The translations under genes were made by a program, and so were the position numbers. Positions 28,901 to 40,055 of a stretch of 64,000 nucleotides of DNA are shown here, piece by piece. The stretch is from Camelus ferus (lineage: Eukaryota): the NCBI RefSeq assembly GCF_009834535.1, contig NC_045696.1, positions 12,774,001 through 12,838,000 on the forward strand, given 5' to 3'. The first letter of the stretch is position 1; every line of letters starts with the position of its first letter. The notes under the pieces are model-generated. The model worked only from the letters and a program-made list of their open reading frames with translations. It searched no databases and was not told the DNA's origin.

Positions 28901-31900
28901 ATTCAGCTTATCACTTACACAGCTTTCTAGTGTTTAGAAACAGAATTACAGCATGATACAGCATGTGTCTAACGCAACTCATTATGTTTCTTCCTGTTAC
29001 ACTTGTTTGTGAAATTGCCTTCTTTTACTATTTTGTTTGTTTGCTTATTTTCTCAGCATGTGATTGCTTTCTAATATTTGAGATGGATGAATTCTGTCCT
29101 GGATATATTTTCAAACATTGTGAAAAATAAATCTAATATAAAATAGGAGTAGAAAACTATTTAGGTAACATTTCAAAAGATTGAAGAGATTTCAGTCTCT
29201 TCACCAATAGTAGTTGAAAAGTTTTATTTTTGGCCCATATTCTCTCCATATTTCAAGAGTGGTAAGAAAAGTATAAATGATAAAAATCTGAAAAAGACAC
29301 TGGAGGATGAAGATAAAGACAGCGAGGAAGAAAAAGATAACGACAGTTACATAAAGGAGAGAAATGATATTCCTTCAGGAACAAGTAAGCACTTACAGAA
29401 AAAAGCAAAGAAGCAAGCCAAAAAGCAAGCCAAGGTAGGTAAATAGGAAAACCATACTTTACTAATTTTAATTTTTGAAGTATTAAGTTTGAAGTCTGAA
29501 TAACATCAGTAGACATGTCTGTCGTATTACGTACAACGGTTTCATTTGCTAGTTACAGAATTAGCTCATTTAGTGTTCTCTGCAGTGAAATTTCTTTGAA
29601 TATATATGAAGAAAATATGCTTTATTTAACCCTGCATTACTTGTGACAACTTTTCAAAAAAAAATTTTAGTTCATTTTTAGTAATTTTTTCAGTTGTTAA
29701 TACACTGATATTAAAAAACTTAAAAATATATATGTAAAAGTGTACAGTAAAATCCCCCTCCTTTTATGACATAGATATTACTTTCATTTGTTTCTTATGT
29801 GTCCTGGAGTTTCTTTTGGAAAATGTGATCAAATACAAATATGTAGTCTTGTTTTCCCCTCCTTTCATGCGTACTCTCCTGGACCTTGTTTTTTGTTTGT
29901 TTTACTTGATTAGGTCTTTGGAGATCTTTCCGTTTCAGGACACAAAGATTCCTTTTTGACAGCTGTATAGTATTCCATTTTAGTAGCAAGCATGCTACTA
30001 AATATAGTATAATAGATGTACTATAGTTCACCTAGCCATTTTCCTGTTGATTTAGGTGTTTGTAATCTTTTGCTTTAATGGCCAGTGCTGCTGTGAAAAA
30101 CCCTACACATATATCATTTGTAGGGTTCATTTGAAGAAGAAGGATTATATTTGTAGTATTCATACATTAATTGCCTTCCACAAAGGTTGTACCAGTCTAT
30201 ATTCTCACCAGCAACATACGAGGCTTGCTGTTTCTCCTTATCCTTGACAGCAGTGTGTTATCAAGCTTGTGGATTTCTGCCAGTCTGATAGATAGTATCT
30301 CAGTGCAGTTTTATTTTCCATTTATTTTAATGTAAGTGAAGTTAAGCACGTTTTTATGTTAAGGGCCATTTGTGTTTCCTTTCCTTTGAAGTATTCACTT
30401 ATATCCTTTTCCCATTTTTCGTTCACATGTAACTCTATTTTTAACTGAAGCATATCGGAAAATATTTGTGTCCAGGACCCTTTATGTTGCCCTTCAGTCT
30501 TCTGGTTTTACAGATTAGCCTCACAGGGACTTTCCTTTTAGTTACAACCCAAAATGCTAACTCCTTGAGTCTTTAGGCATTCCAGTAACAGGAATCTTGA
30601 TGAAATGCACCACCGCCTCCCTCCGCATCCCCAGAAATAGGCAGCAAATGGCAGACCGGATGATTTAAGCAGGTGGAGGCTTCCACTGTTCTCTGTGCAT
30701 GTGGCTTTCTTGCTTCCTGGCTAACTGGGGGCCATTTGTTTCCCCGAGTGTTTTCCTCCGTCCTTCTGCCCAAAGCAGTTCTGTGCTTGTACATCCTTGA
30801 GTTTTTGGTTTGTTTTTTTTACCTCTTCACTGGAACCTTGATCCAGTGATGGTAACTCATGTGAATCCATCTCTTCCTGTTATGTATGTAGTCACTCGCC
30901 CCTGCTTGGGGTCAGCTGCCTTGCTGCTCTGTCTGGATCACTTCCCTTCAGAGACCATGTCTTGCACATTTTTATTTGCCCCTGTGTAACAGTTTTTTGA
31001 TGATTGGTGATGGTTTATTCCTGCTTTCAATCAAATAACTTTATAATTTATTTGATCCCTGATAGTAAAGGGACTTCTAGGCTCAGAATGCTGAGAGTGA
31101 ACTCTTCCTTAGTAACTTAATTATTTTTGATTGATGAGCAAGAGAACCTGAGGTGGTATGTGTACGCTTTGTCTCTTCCTCGCTCTCTTTTTTTTTTTTT
31201 TTTAATGTTTTATATACTTTTTACACAGAACCAACGAAGGCAACAAAAAATTCAAGGGAAAGTTCTTCATTTAAATGATGTCTGTGTCATTGACCATCCT
31301 GAAGATGAGTGTGCAGTTGAATTGTCACTTCAGGGAGAAGTGGATATTAAATCCAACCATATCTCACAAGAGGAAGTTATACATAAAGAATATTGTGTTA
31401 ATCAGAAAGATTTGAATGTCCATGAAACAATGATAGAAAGTGTAACTGACAGTCAAAAATCCACAGAGGAAGCTGATACGAAAAATGTCAACATGGATAA
31501 TGCCCTGGAGGCTTTGGCATTTTCTCACACTGAGTGTACCAGGAATTTAAATGGTGCCCATCCGAGGGAAGGGAGCAACGGAGAAGTGGACATTTCCAGT
31601 GGCTTTAAGAACCTTAACTTGAACGCTGCTCTTCAACCTGATGAAATAGATATAGAGATTCTGAATGACGGTCATACTCCTGGGACGAAGGTATATGAAG
31701 TTGTAAACGAAGACCCAGAAACTGCTTTCTGTACTCTTGCAAACAGGGACGCTTTCAATACTGATGAATGTTCAATCCAACATTGTTTATATCAGTTCAC
31801 CCGAAATGAGAAACTTCGAGATGCTAATAAACTGCTTTGTGAAGTGTGCACGCGGAGACAGTATAGTGGACCAAAGGCAAATATAAAAGGTATTTAGATT

Positions 31901-34900
31901 CTTTCACAGAAAGTCAGATGAATGTTCAGGGGCACGTTTTGCACTGCCCAGGTAGAGTGCTGCAGTTTTCATTGTTATCAGGATTTGGATGTTGTCAACA
32001 AGTTCCCTTTTCTGGGTAAATACTTTAGTAGACGGATGAATAAGAGAACTTTGTTGAAGTGGCTCGTACTCTGTGGCGTCCCAGCGGCAGTTACAGTGGG
32101 ACAGTTTGCTCTCTGACTCCACTCGCTGTGGGCAGAATCATCCCACTGACATGTTATCACAGCAGGATTCCTACAGGTAGTGGCTGTTTCTTTGTATCCT
32201 TGGTTTCCTGTCAGCATTTGTGATGCCCTATCTGCTTTGCACCCAGGAAGCCACACTAATTCATCAGTGTGCTGACGTGACATGCCCAGTGTGCAAGGTA
32301 CTAGGGGACAGTGCTTTCTTAGAATCGTCCTCAAATCCAGAACAGGAAGATCCTGGTAATACCCTCCTGCCTCCACCTTTTTATGTTTTTTGAGCTTCAG
32401 TAAGTGGAATATGGAAGGATCATAGATTTCTAAGGATTCTTACTAGAATTGTTGAAACACTTAGAAACTCTACCTTTTCTTTATTACATGTCAATATAAA
32501 AAGTAAATTGTTTTGATTTTACAGCAGTTCTGTTTGCTTTAGAGCAGGCATTAATGAAGTGTGGTTGACAGGCTAAATTTGGCCTGCCTCTTGTTTTTGT
32601 GTAATCCCAGAGCTAAAAATGTTTTTTATAGACAAACATTTGAAAATGATTATTATGGTAAAAATTTCAGCTTTGAACCCCAATTAATTATCTCTCCAAA
32701 AATAATTCAGTAGACTGCAGTTGTACTCAGTTATTTTTATCACATTTTGAATTCCATCAGTAAGCATTTGTGGAAAATTTTCTCTCATGTCTAAATACCT
32801 ATAAAATATCCTTGGCTTCACCTCTTGGTCCAAAATGCTGAAAATATTATTTGATTCTTTCCAGAAAGCTGATCCTTGCTTTAGGTGTTTGAAGTGATTT
32901 TGTAGCAGGTGTGGCTGCTTTAGGAGTCTAAAATGATTCTCACACTGCTAAAATTTCTTTTTTTCTATAGGTGAAAGGAAACATGTGTACACCAATGCTA
33001 AAAAGCAGATGCTAATTTCTCTTGCCCCTCCTGTTCTCACTCTTCATTTAAAGAGATTTCAGCAGGTACCCCTCGTTTGTTACCTAAAACTGGTTTTAAA
33101 TATGTAACAACTGCTTTATTTGTTACTGTCTCAGTGTATAACTGTGTTTCTTTGGTTTTCTATTACTTCTTAATTCTAACTTCAAAGACATAGGAAAGTA
33201 AAACATACATGTTGTTCAGACAGAAAGGAACTGACAAAGACGTATGTCAAGGTGGAGAAGAAATTTAGGTACAGTCCTTCCTCAGATTTACTAGAATTCA
33301 TGTAGCTCTTTTTAGTAATATTAACATCTTACTCTAACCTTCATTTCAGGTTAAAAAAAAAGACTAGTTTACTAGTTATATCTCGCACTCGGAAGTTTTA
33401 GTGATATTTTTGTTTTGTGTGTAGTATCTTATTTTTACTGATCCTTGGTAAAAAGTGTTGGTACCTTGGATTTTCACCATTTTGGTGACTCCCATCTTTT
33501 CTGGAAGACTTGCACTATGAGCGGTGCAAGTTGCAGGCAGGTTCAGTTCCAGATTCCCAAAGTCCCTTGAGAACGTTTTCTCTTCTGTAGTTGTTATTGA
33601 GCTTAACTAATTGAATGGTTCTCTATCAGCAGTTCACTAAACTGTTACAGAATGAGGCCGGGAACATGCTTCACAGAAAAGTATTCTGCTGTTGTTGAGT
33701 TTTAAGCACTCAGAATCTCTGGTCTGGTCTGCCTTTTCTGGATGGCTGAAACAGAAACATTAAGAATTTTCTTAGAGGAGCAGCTGTCTTAATGTGTTTG
33801 TGTGTGTCTGTGTTGTGCACTTTGCAAAAACAGATCAAATGGCAATCAGTTACTGGTCAGGGAGACAGAGTCTCCTGCGAAGATCGCAGTGGGGCTGGGT
33901 GTTAGGAGAGCCTGGGCACTGGAGTGGGACTGCAGTTTACTTAACATGTACAACTTCTCCTGAAAAAAACTTAATCTGTTATCCTTTTTTTCTTTTTTTT
34001 TTCAGGCTGGTTTTAATCTACGCAAAGTTAACAAACACATAAAGTTTCCAGAAATCTTAGATTTGGCTCCTTTTTGTACCCTTAAATGTAAGGTAGGTGA
34101 AGGTAGTCTTTTTGGGAAAATCTTTTAAAGGGAAATCATAGCTTATTACCAAATACCCGAGCAGCAACTCACATGAGTATGCAGTTGATAAGAACTACTG
34201 AGTAGACTGTGTCTGTGATCTTTGTACCTTTATCATTTCAAGATCTGTGACAAATCATGTTGAACATTAGGTGGTTATTTCAGTTCAGCATTTTTTAAGC
34301 CCCCATTATCATGGCAGACGTCTTGGGACTGGAGGCACAAAACTAAAGGTGAGCAGATACATTAATGGATAATCTCAGTGTGATGTGGTTGAGTGTTAAG
34401 CTTGGTGTACACAGAGCAGAGGTGATTATGCACTTAACCCAGCATGTTGGTGGTTCAGGGAAGGCCCTGTGAAGTAGAACCTGCCTCAGCTGCTCCTTAA
34501 GGAGTAAGACTCAGTTTGGTGCATCAAGAGGCAGCGAGTTTCCCAGGCAGAGGGAACAGCAGGGGCAAAGGCAGAGCAGGGTAAAGCGGCCTGGTGGGCA
34601 CCGGGGGCTGGCTCTGTAGGCATTTCCAGAGCTTATAGTACCAAGTCTCGGAATCGTCGGGAGATGAAGCCAGAGAAGCAAGATAGGAATGAGGTTTTGG
34701 AAGGCTGTCCTGATGAGGAAGTTGGGCTTTATTAGGTATGCAGTGGGGAGCCCCTGAAGAATTTAAAGCAGTGGGGTGACACAGCCAGATGTGTGTATTA
34801 CACAGGTTGCTTGCTGAGGCAATGGAGGCCGGATTTTAGGAGGAAAAGACTAGAGGCAGGGAGGTTAGTTAAGAGGCTGTTGAATTAACTCGGTTGATGG

Positions 34901-37900
34901 ATGATGACAGCTTCAACTAGGGCTGGAGATATGGAGATTAAAGGAATATTTTAGGAGGTAAAGTTAATGAGACTTATGATCTGTTGCCTCTGGAAGACGA
35001 GGCAGAGGCCTTTAAATGGGCGCTGAGGGTGGCACAGAGAGTTGAGCGTGATTGCCAGAGCCTGACTTGAGTGGGCAGTCGGGGCTGCGTGAGCTGGGGG
35101 AGAAACAGAGGAGGAGGAGCAGGATGGGAGGTGGAGAGAGGAGTAATGAGTTCAGTTTTAGAAACGTTTTCATACATGTTTGAGATATTCACGTGGCTGT
35201 GTCTAGAAAGCACTTGGATGTACATGTCTGAGGGCCAGGGCAGAGAGGTTGGGGCTGGAGGTAGGACTTAGACATCAATACGTAGGTGGTGGTTCAAACT
35301 CTGGGAGGATAGGATCTCTTGTGTAGAGCACGGAGAGAGAAGAAGAGATGGCTATGACAGAACTCTGGGGAGCATCTGCGTGTAAGAGGCCCACCAAGGG
35401 TGTCAGCAAGTCTCCACGCTGAGGAATTTGGAGAATCAGAGAAGCTGTATTGTTGTTCTGTAGTCAGGTTTTAAATACTTCAGTATAAATGTATTAATAA
35501 AGTCTTAACTTTCTGTGCAAAATTTGAAATGATGGAAAGTCCCCCTTCCTCCCTCCCACTTTAAATTCTCTATGAAAGGTATTTCAGAGGTGGTGGCTAG
35601 AATGGATTGTGATTATTTTCATGTTATTATCATAGGGCAGGGCCACTTTTGCTGGTACAGACATACTTCAGAGATATTTTGGGTTCTGTTCCAGACCATA
35701 ATAAAGTGAATATTGCAATAAGGCAAGTCACACAGATTTTTTGGTTTCACAGTACATATAAAATTTGTGTTTGTGCTATACTGCAGTCTGTTAATTGTGA
35801 AATAGCATTGTGTCCAAAAAAAGTATTTATCTTAATCTAAAAAATACTTTATTGCTAAAAACTGCCAACCATCATCTTGGCTTTCAGTGATTTGTAATCT
35901 TTTTGCTGGTGGAGGGTTTGAGGTATTTTGAAAATTACCTAAATGTGACACAGAGACACCAAGTGAGCAAATGCTGTTGAAAAAACGGCACCAATAGACT
36001 TGCTCAACACAGAGTTGCCACAAACCTTTGATTTGTAAAAAAATTTCAGTATCTGCAAAGCACAATAAAGCAAAGTACAGTAAATTGAGGAATGCCTGTA
36101 AACAGAAAGTTGGATTAGTTCTGAATACACCATCATCAGGAATCCATCTTTTGCCTAAAATGCCATTACCCTGTGTTCAGGTTTCAGGGAAGGACTAAGT
36201 GGCCAGTGTCAGAATAAAGAGGAAAGGACTAGAAAGTATTTATGGATTAGACAGTATAGAGGTCACGGTAAATTTTTCAGGAAGTGTAGTAACTTAAGTA
36301 GGTTGAGAAATGAATTGAGAATAATGGAGATAGAGCAGATAGGTATGTTACAGCCTTTGTTGAAAAGGAAAAGTAGTGGGTTAATGAGGATTTTTTAAGA
36401 CTAGGAGACCTAATCAGGTTTCCAGGCCAAGAGGAAAATCTAGAAGATGAAGATGTAGAAAAAAAGAGAGAACTGATTGAGCAAGACCTTGGAGGAGGCC
36501 AGGAGGGCTGGGATGAGGGCACTAAGTTGGAGTATCTCTGAACAAAAGGGAAAGGATACGGGCAACTTGCAGTTGGGTAGGTTATGTCTCAGTTTTCCTG
36601 AAGTGGGAGGTGAGGTCAACTATGGAAAATAAAGGGGGTTAATGAGAGGCTGCAAGAGAGTGGTGGAGGTTTGGTCCAGTTGCTGTGAAGGACCATCCAT
36701 GGAAAAGGCAGCTAACTAAGGACACATCGTAAGATTATATAGTCACATCGAGGACCTCATGAGGTAGAAAATCCTGAATTTACTGGTCTGCATACAGAAT
36801 TTTGTTTCCTAGCAGTAGCAGCTGTTGGGTTGGGGAAGGTGCACTGTAGGATTCAGGGTCGGGTTATTTGATGAATTGGATGTGGTGGCAGGGCTGCTGA
36901 TGGGTGTTAAGAGACTGTAAGAGTGATACGTGTGCTCTAAGTTCTCCAACTTTAATGTGCATGTGAGGCACTTGAGAATCGATAGATGGGGGTAGGGTCT
37001 AAGATTCTGCCTGATAAGCTCTGGTCATGCTGATGTTGCATTACACTTTGAGTACTGAAGATTTTAAATGGGAATGAAGCCAAAAGAGGCTGGACAGGCC
37101 AGGAGAAAGGATTGGAGGGTCCTGTTACGTTGCCTAGTATAGGCGAGATGAGTTGGAAGAATGAAAGAATTATGGACTGAGACTAGAAAATTAGTAAGAT
37201 TTTTGAAGTTGAAGAGTTGAGTGATGACTGGTTCTAGAATACAGTCCTGGCTGTGGTTGGCTAAAATGGAACAGCAGCGAAAATCCTGTGAGGCTCATGG
37301 ATGGACACTGAAATCCCCGAGGACGCTGACAGGATTTGGGATGACACATAAAGGTCTTTAGCGAGTAGGGAGGTGTAGGTGAGAGATGAGTGTGTAGGGA
37401 CAGTACTATTGAAGGACAGTGAGGCTTGTTCAGGAAGACTTTTTACAAGAGAACATAATGGAGTAGCTGTGTGTCCGCGAGTGGCTCCCAGCTGGAACCC
37501 CTCTCCCTGCTGCCGGCCAGCCCTGGGGCACACGTGGTCTTCAAAGAATAAGCAGCCTCTGCTAGATGGAGAGTGGGCTCTTGAGAGGGTGAATGTGCTT
37601 CTCACCAGATCTGCAAGGGGCATTTGGAAATGCAATGGGTGGTTTTGGGTGTGCCCTAAATACTACCCTCTTGCTGTTAAAGGCTTACATTTTGGGCTGA
37701 AAAGTAGGATGAGTTGTTGAGGTATTTTGGAATTACCTGATCCCAGACTCCTAAAGAAATCTTGGCAAATTCAGTTTAAGTAGGTGGGCCAGGAAACTGT
37801 GACTGTGGCAAGTGGACTCTGGTTTATGGTTCTTCCAGCAGGGCAACGACAGTGGCAACTTTCTAGTAAAAACATGTTAAGTGTGACACTACTCAGTAGG

Positions 37901-38440
37901 CTGAGAAAAGGGAGGAAACAGTCAAATTCAGACTCAAGATTTCTGCACTCTTGAAGATCAGAGACCCTTTGTGTAGTTTTAAAATTGTCTTGTGACGGGA
38001 CCTTCATAAATGGAACTAGAACTAACTTCTGAATTCTGTTCATTTTTAAAGAATGTTGCTGAAGAAAACACAAGGGTACTGTATTCCTTATACGGAGTCG
38101 TTGAACACAGTGGCACCATGCGCTCAGGGCATTATACCGCCTACGCCAAGGCAAGAACGGCCAGCAGTCATCTCTCCAATCTTGTTCTCCATGGTGACAT
38201 TCCACAAGGTAGGAGGTCCTGGAAAATTCTGGTATTCAGCATATTTACAGCAAAACCAGAAAATGATAAATTTGATCTTTCCATTTATACTTAATTTTAT
38301 TTTTCCTCTTGACAGATTTTGAAATGGAGTCAACCAAAGGGCAGTGGTTTCACATCAGCGACACACACGTGCAAGCTGTGTCTACAGCTAAAGTACTGAA
38401 CTCACAGGCTTACCTCCTGTTTTATGAGAGAATACTGTAA
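16841..38440 (+). CDS. USP16: Ubiquitin carboxyl-terminal hydrolase 16 (ZnF-UBP plus USP domain, histone H2A deubiquitinase); join(16841..16901,18561..18739,21443..21546,22333..22436,23337..23524,24097..24192,24789..24919,25228..25315,26360..26438,27767..27858,28247..28303,29258..29434,31229..31889,32971..33065,34006..34092,38052..38208,38316..38440), 2481 nt, 826 aa
   Basis: [18 protein letters not shown]...; ZnF-UBP ([28 protein letters not shown]); Cys box [12 protein letters not shown] (Cys codon 23501-23503, residue 205); QQDSQE; His box SGHY (38130-38132); ends [10 protein letters not shown]. All introns GT-AG with consistent phases. Confidence 0.97.
17790..17995 (+). mobile_element. 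MIR SINE
   Basis: TGTGACCTTGGGCA...TTTCTCATCTGT...TTAAATGAGATAATGTATG. Confidence 0.7.
18561..18739 (+). CDS. USP16: USP16 exon 3
   Basis: [10 protein letters not shown]...WLCLKCGHQ; ag|...|gtatgc. Confidence 0.95.
18830..19270. mobile_element. Old ERVL-type LTR (LTR16/LTR33-like) remnant
   Basis: GGAGCAGATTCTGAGACTGAGAT...TTTACTGGGGAGTG pattern. Confidence 0.45.
19380..20200 (-). mobile_element. Old L1M LINE 3' fragment
   Basis: CAACCACTAATCTG...TAAATGGAGTCAT...GCTGCTATGAACATTTGT...TTCCAGAGTGGCTGTAC. Confidence 0.75.
21443..21546 (+). CDS. USP16: USP16 exon 4
   Basis: [34 protein letters not shown]; |gtgagt. Confidence 0.95.
22333..22436 (+). CDS. USP16: USP16 exon 5
   Basis: [34 protein letters not shown]; |gtaaaa. 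Confidence 0.95.
23337..23524 (+). CDS. USP16: USP16 exon 6 (NAGNAG; alternative start 23340), contains the Cys box
   Basis: [10 protein letters not shown]...[19 protein letters not shown]|gtgcca. Confidence 0.95.
24097..24192 (+). CDS. USP16: USP16 exon 7
   Basis: [32 protein letters not shown]; |gtatgt. Confidence 0.95.
24789..24919 (+). CDS. USP16: USP16 exon 8
   Basis: [43 protein letters not shown]; |gtgagt. Confidence 0.95.
25228..25315 (+). CDS. USP16: USP16 exon 9
   Basis: [29 protein letters not shown]; |gttagc. Confidence 0.95.
26360..26438 (+). CDS. USP16: USP16 exon 10
   Basis: [26 protein letters not shown]; |gtaatg. Confidence 0.95.
26830..27020 (+). mobile_element. MER3-like hAT element
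   Basis: ACTTTCTGTGATGATGGA...GCCACATGTGGCTAC...TTGAAATGTGACTGGTGCAACTGAGGA. Confidence 0.7.
27767..27858 (+). CDS. USP16: USP16 exon 11
   Basis: [30 protein letters not shown]; |gtaagt. Confidence 0.95.
28247..28303 (+). CDS. USP16: USP16 exon 12
   Basis: [19 protein letters not shown]; |gtaaga. Confidence 0.95.
29258..29434 (+). CDS. USP16: USP16 exon 13
   Basis: [13 protein letters not shown]...[12 protein letters not shown]; |gtaggt. Confidence 0.95.
29700..30420 (-). mobile_element. Old L1ME-like fragment
   Basis: GTATTCCATT...TTGTACCAGTCTATATTCTCACCAGCAA...GGCCATTTGTGTTTCC. Confidence 0.6.
31229..31889 (+). CDS. USP16: USP16 exon 14
   Basis: [11 protein letters not shown]...[19 protein letters not shown]; |gtattt. 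Confidence 0.95.
32971..33065 (+). CDS. USP16: USP16 exon 15
   Basis: [32 protein letters not shown]; |gtaccc. Confidence 0.95.
34006..34092 (+). CDS. USP16: USP16 exon 16
   Basis: [29 protein letters not shown]; |gtaggt. Confidence 0.95.
34280..35420 (-). mobile_element. L2 LINE remnant
   Basis: CCAGGCAGAGGGAACAGC...GGGGAGCCCCTGAAG...TGAGTTCAGTTTTAG. Confidence 0.6.
35658..36098 (-). mobile_element. Internally deleted Tigger1-derived DNA transposon with both ends
   Basis: TA|CAGACATACTTC...GAGGAATGCCTG|TA: degenerate CAGGCATACCTC TIRs and a TA TSD. Confidence 0.85.
38052..38208 (+). CDS. USP16: USP16 exon 17 (His box)
   Basis: [31 protein letters not shown]...GDIPQ; |gtagga. Confidence 0.95.
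38316..38440 (+). CDS. USP16: USP16 exon 18 (last coding exon)
   Basis: [41 protein letters not shown]. Confidence 0.95.
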
Positions 38441-38496
38441 GTTTCAGAACGTGCTTTCTCTGGAAACATGTTTATGGCTTTTATAATGGCTGTAAT

Positions 38497-38725
38497 AATA
38501 AAAAAAAAAGTAAAAACTAACTGTAAATCATGTTCACTTAAAATTAAATACATGACAGAAGAAATCATGTTTATTGAAATACTGAAGAGGAAATACCTAA
38601 AAAAGTGGTTTTGTATTGTCATAGTGGTTTTTATTCCTGCTTCCAGTTTCTGGAAGGGATTCTGAACTAAGTCGTCTGTGCTTATTAATATATGTCTGGG
38701 TGGTGGTTTCCAACACATCAATAAA
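38497..38725 (+). terminator. Candidate USP16 polyadenylation signals (AATAAA at 38497-38502 and 38720-38725)
   Basis: Hexamers downstream of the stop codon; the distal one is followed by U-rich sequence. Confidence 0.5.
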
Positions 38726-39843
38726 ATGAATTACCCCCCAAACTTGTTTTATTACTTGGAAGATTTTAAGTTGTACTGACATACCCTGCTAGGTAACATT
38801 AGAAGTTTCAGACTGACTAGCTAATGAAACTTTCAAGTGTTAGTTTAAAAAGTAATTTTTGAGCATAGATATTTGACCTTAGCAGTAGTATGTAATTTGG
38901 GAGAAACATAAATGTAATTCTTCTGAGGCCACGTACTGTGCCTACGCTGGGGCGTAGGCTGAATTCTGCACTTGTTCTGTGCAACTGTTACTCGACCCAA
39001 GGACGACATTCATGGGTATCCCCTTAATGCCAGCATGCCAGGAAAGCCTGTCAGCTGTCTTAATAAATTCCTTTTTTGCCCAAGCCAGCCAGTGTTTCCA
39101 AGTGGCATACAAAAACCTGTCTAAACTTCTGGAAAGGTTCTCCATTAGGGTTTCTTTGACGTATCGCTCTTAACCCTTGAGTTTGTCTAAGACCTGGACA
39201 GCTTCCAAATTCCTTTGAAATACCAAAAGTATATATATATAATTTCAAAGTGCTATTCAGGGACCCTATATAACCAGCACATATAACAGCACACGTTCTG
39301 TAAAGTAAGTTAAATTAACTTTTTACAGTGTTCTTTGTCTTTTTCAAACTCCGTTTAAAAACTGACTTGCTTAATTTATACGTCAGGAGATATACTTTCA
39401 CTTGCACCGCAAGTATCTTTGTGCTTTGCTATTTTAAGTCAGCTATTCAACACATCATTCAATGCTATTGAAACAAGTCACTTCGGTTTTAGGGATTTTC
39501 AGAGTGGTGGGAAAGATACTCAAAATCTGGTCCAGGGATTGACGGACTTCCTATAGGCAGTAAATGTTGCATGCATTGCAAACCACTTGGTCTCCGTCAC
39601 AGCAATTCAGCTTGGGCATTCCCTTGCAGAAAGCAGCCACAGACAATACATAAATACATGATCATGGCTGTGTTCCAAAAAAACTTAAATACAAAAACAA
39701 GCCCCTGATAACTTATGTGACTTAACTTACACGACTTGCCTTAAGTCCCACAGCTAATTTCATTAACAAGGTTGAGACAAACAGGTTATCTAAATCCAAG
39801 AACAGTGGTCCTCAGACAATGAGGCTTTGATAGTAACAACATG

Positions 39844-39849
39844 TTTATT
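39844..39849 (-). terminator. CCT8 polyadenylation signal AATAAA
   Basis: TTTATT on the plus strand about 130 nt past the stop codon. Confidence 0.7.
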
Positions 39850-39977
39850 GTATCATCCAGCAGAGGATACAAACACAAAACACTTCTTAATTTAAGGAGA
39901 ATATGAAAACACCAGGCAATTCCTAGGGTACTACTACAAATACAACCTTCACCTACAGCAAAAACTAAGCCATTCAT

Positions 39978-40055
39978 TCAATCATTTTGGTCATCATCCC
40001 AGTCTTTCTTCCCACTTGGAGGCTTGGGCCCACCAGCTGGTTTTGCCATGATGAT
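39978..40055 (-). CDS. CCT8: CCT8 canonical last exon, coding part
   Basis: ttttgcag|IIMAKPAGGPKPPSGKKDWDDDQND*. Confidence 0.95.
   Translation of the reverse strand: MIMAKPAGGPKPPSGKKDWDDDQND

Noticed and set aside
31127..31228. N-terminal part of the 256-aa ORF
   Set aside because: This is intron and polypyrimidine tract read in frame; the real exon begins at 31229.
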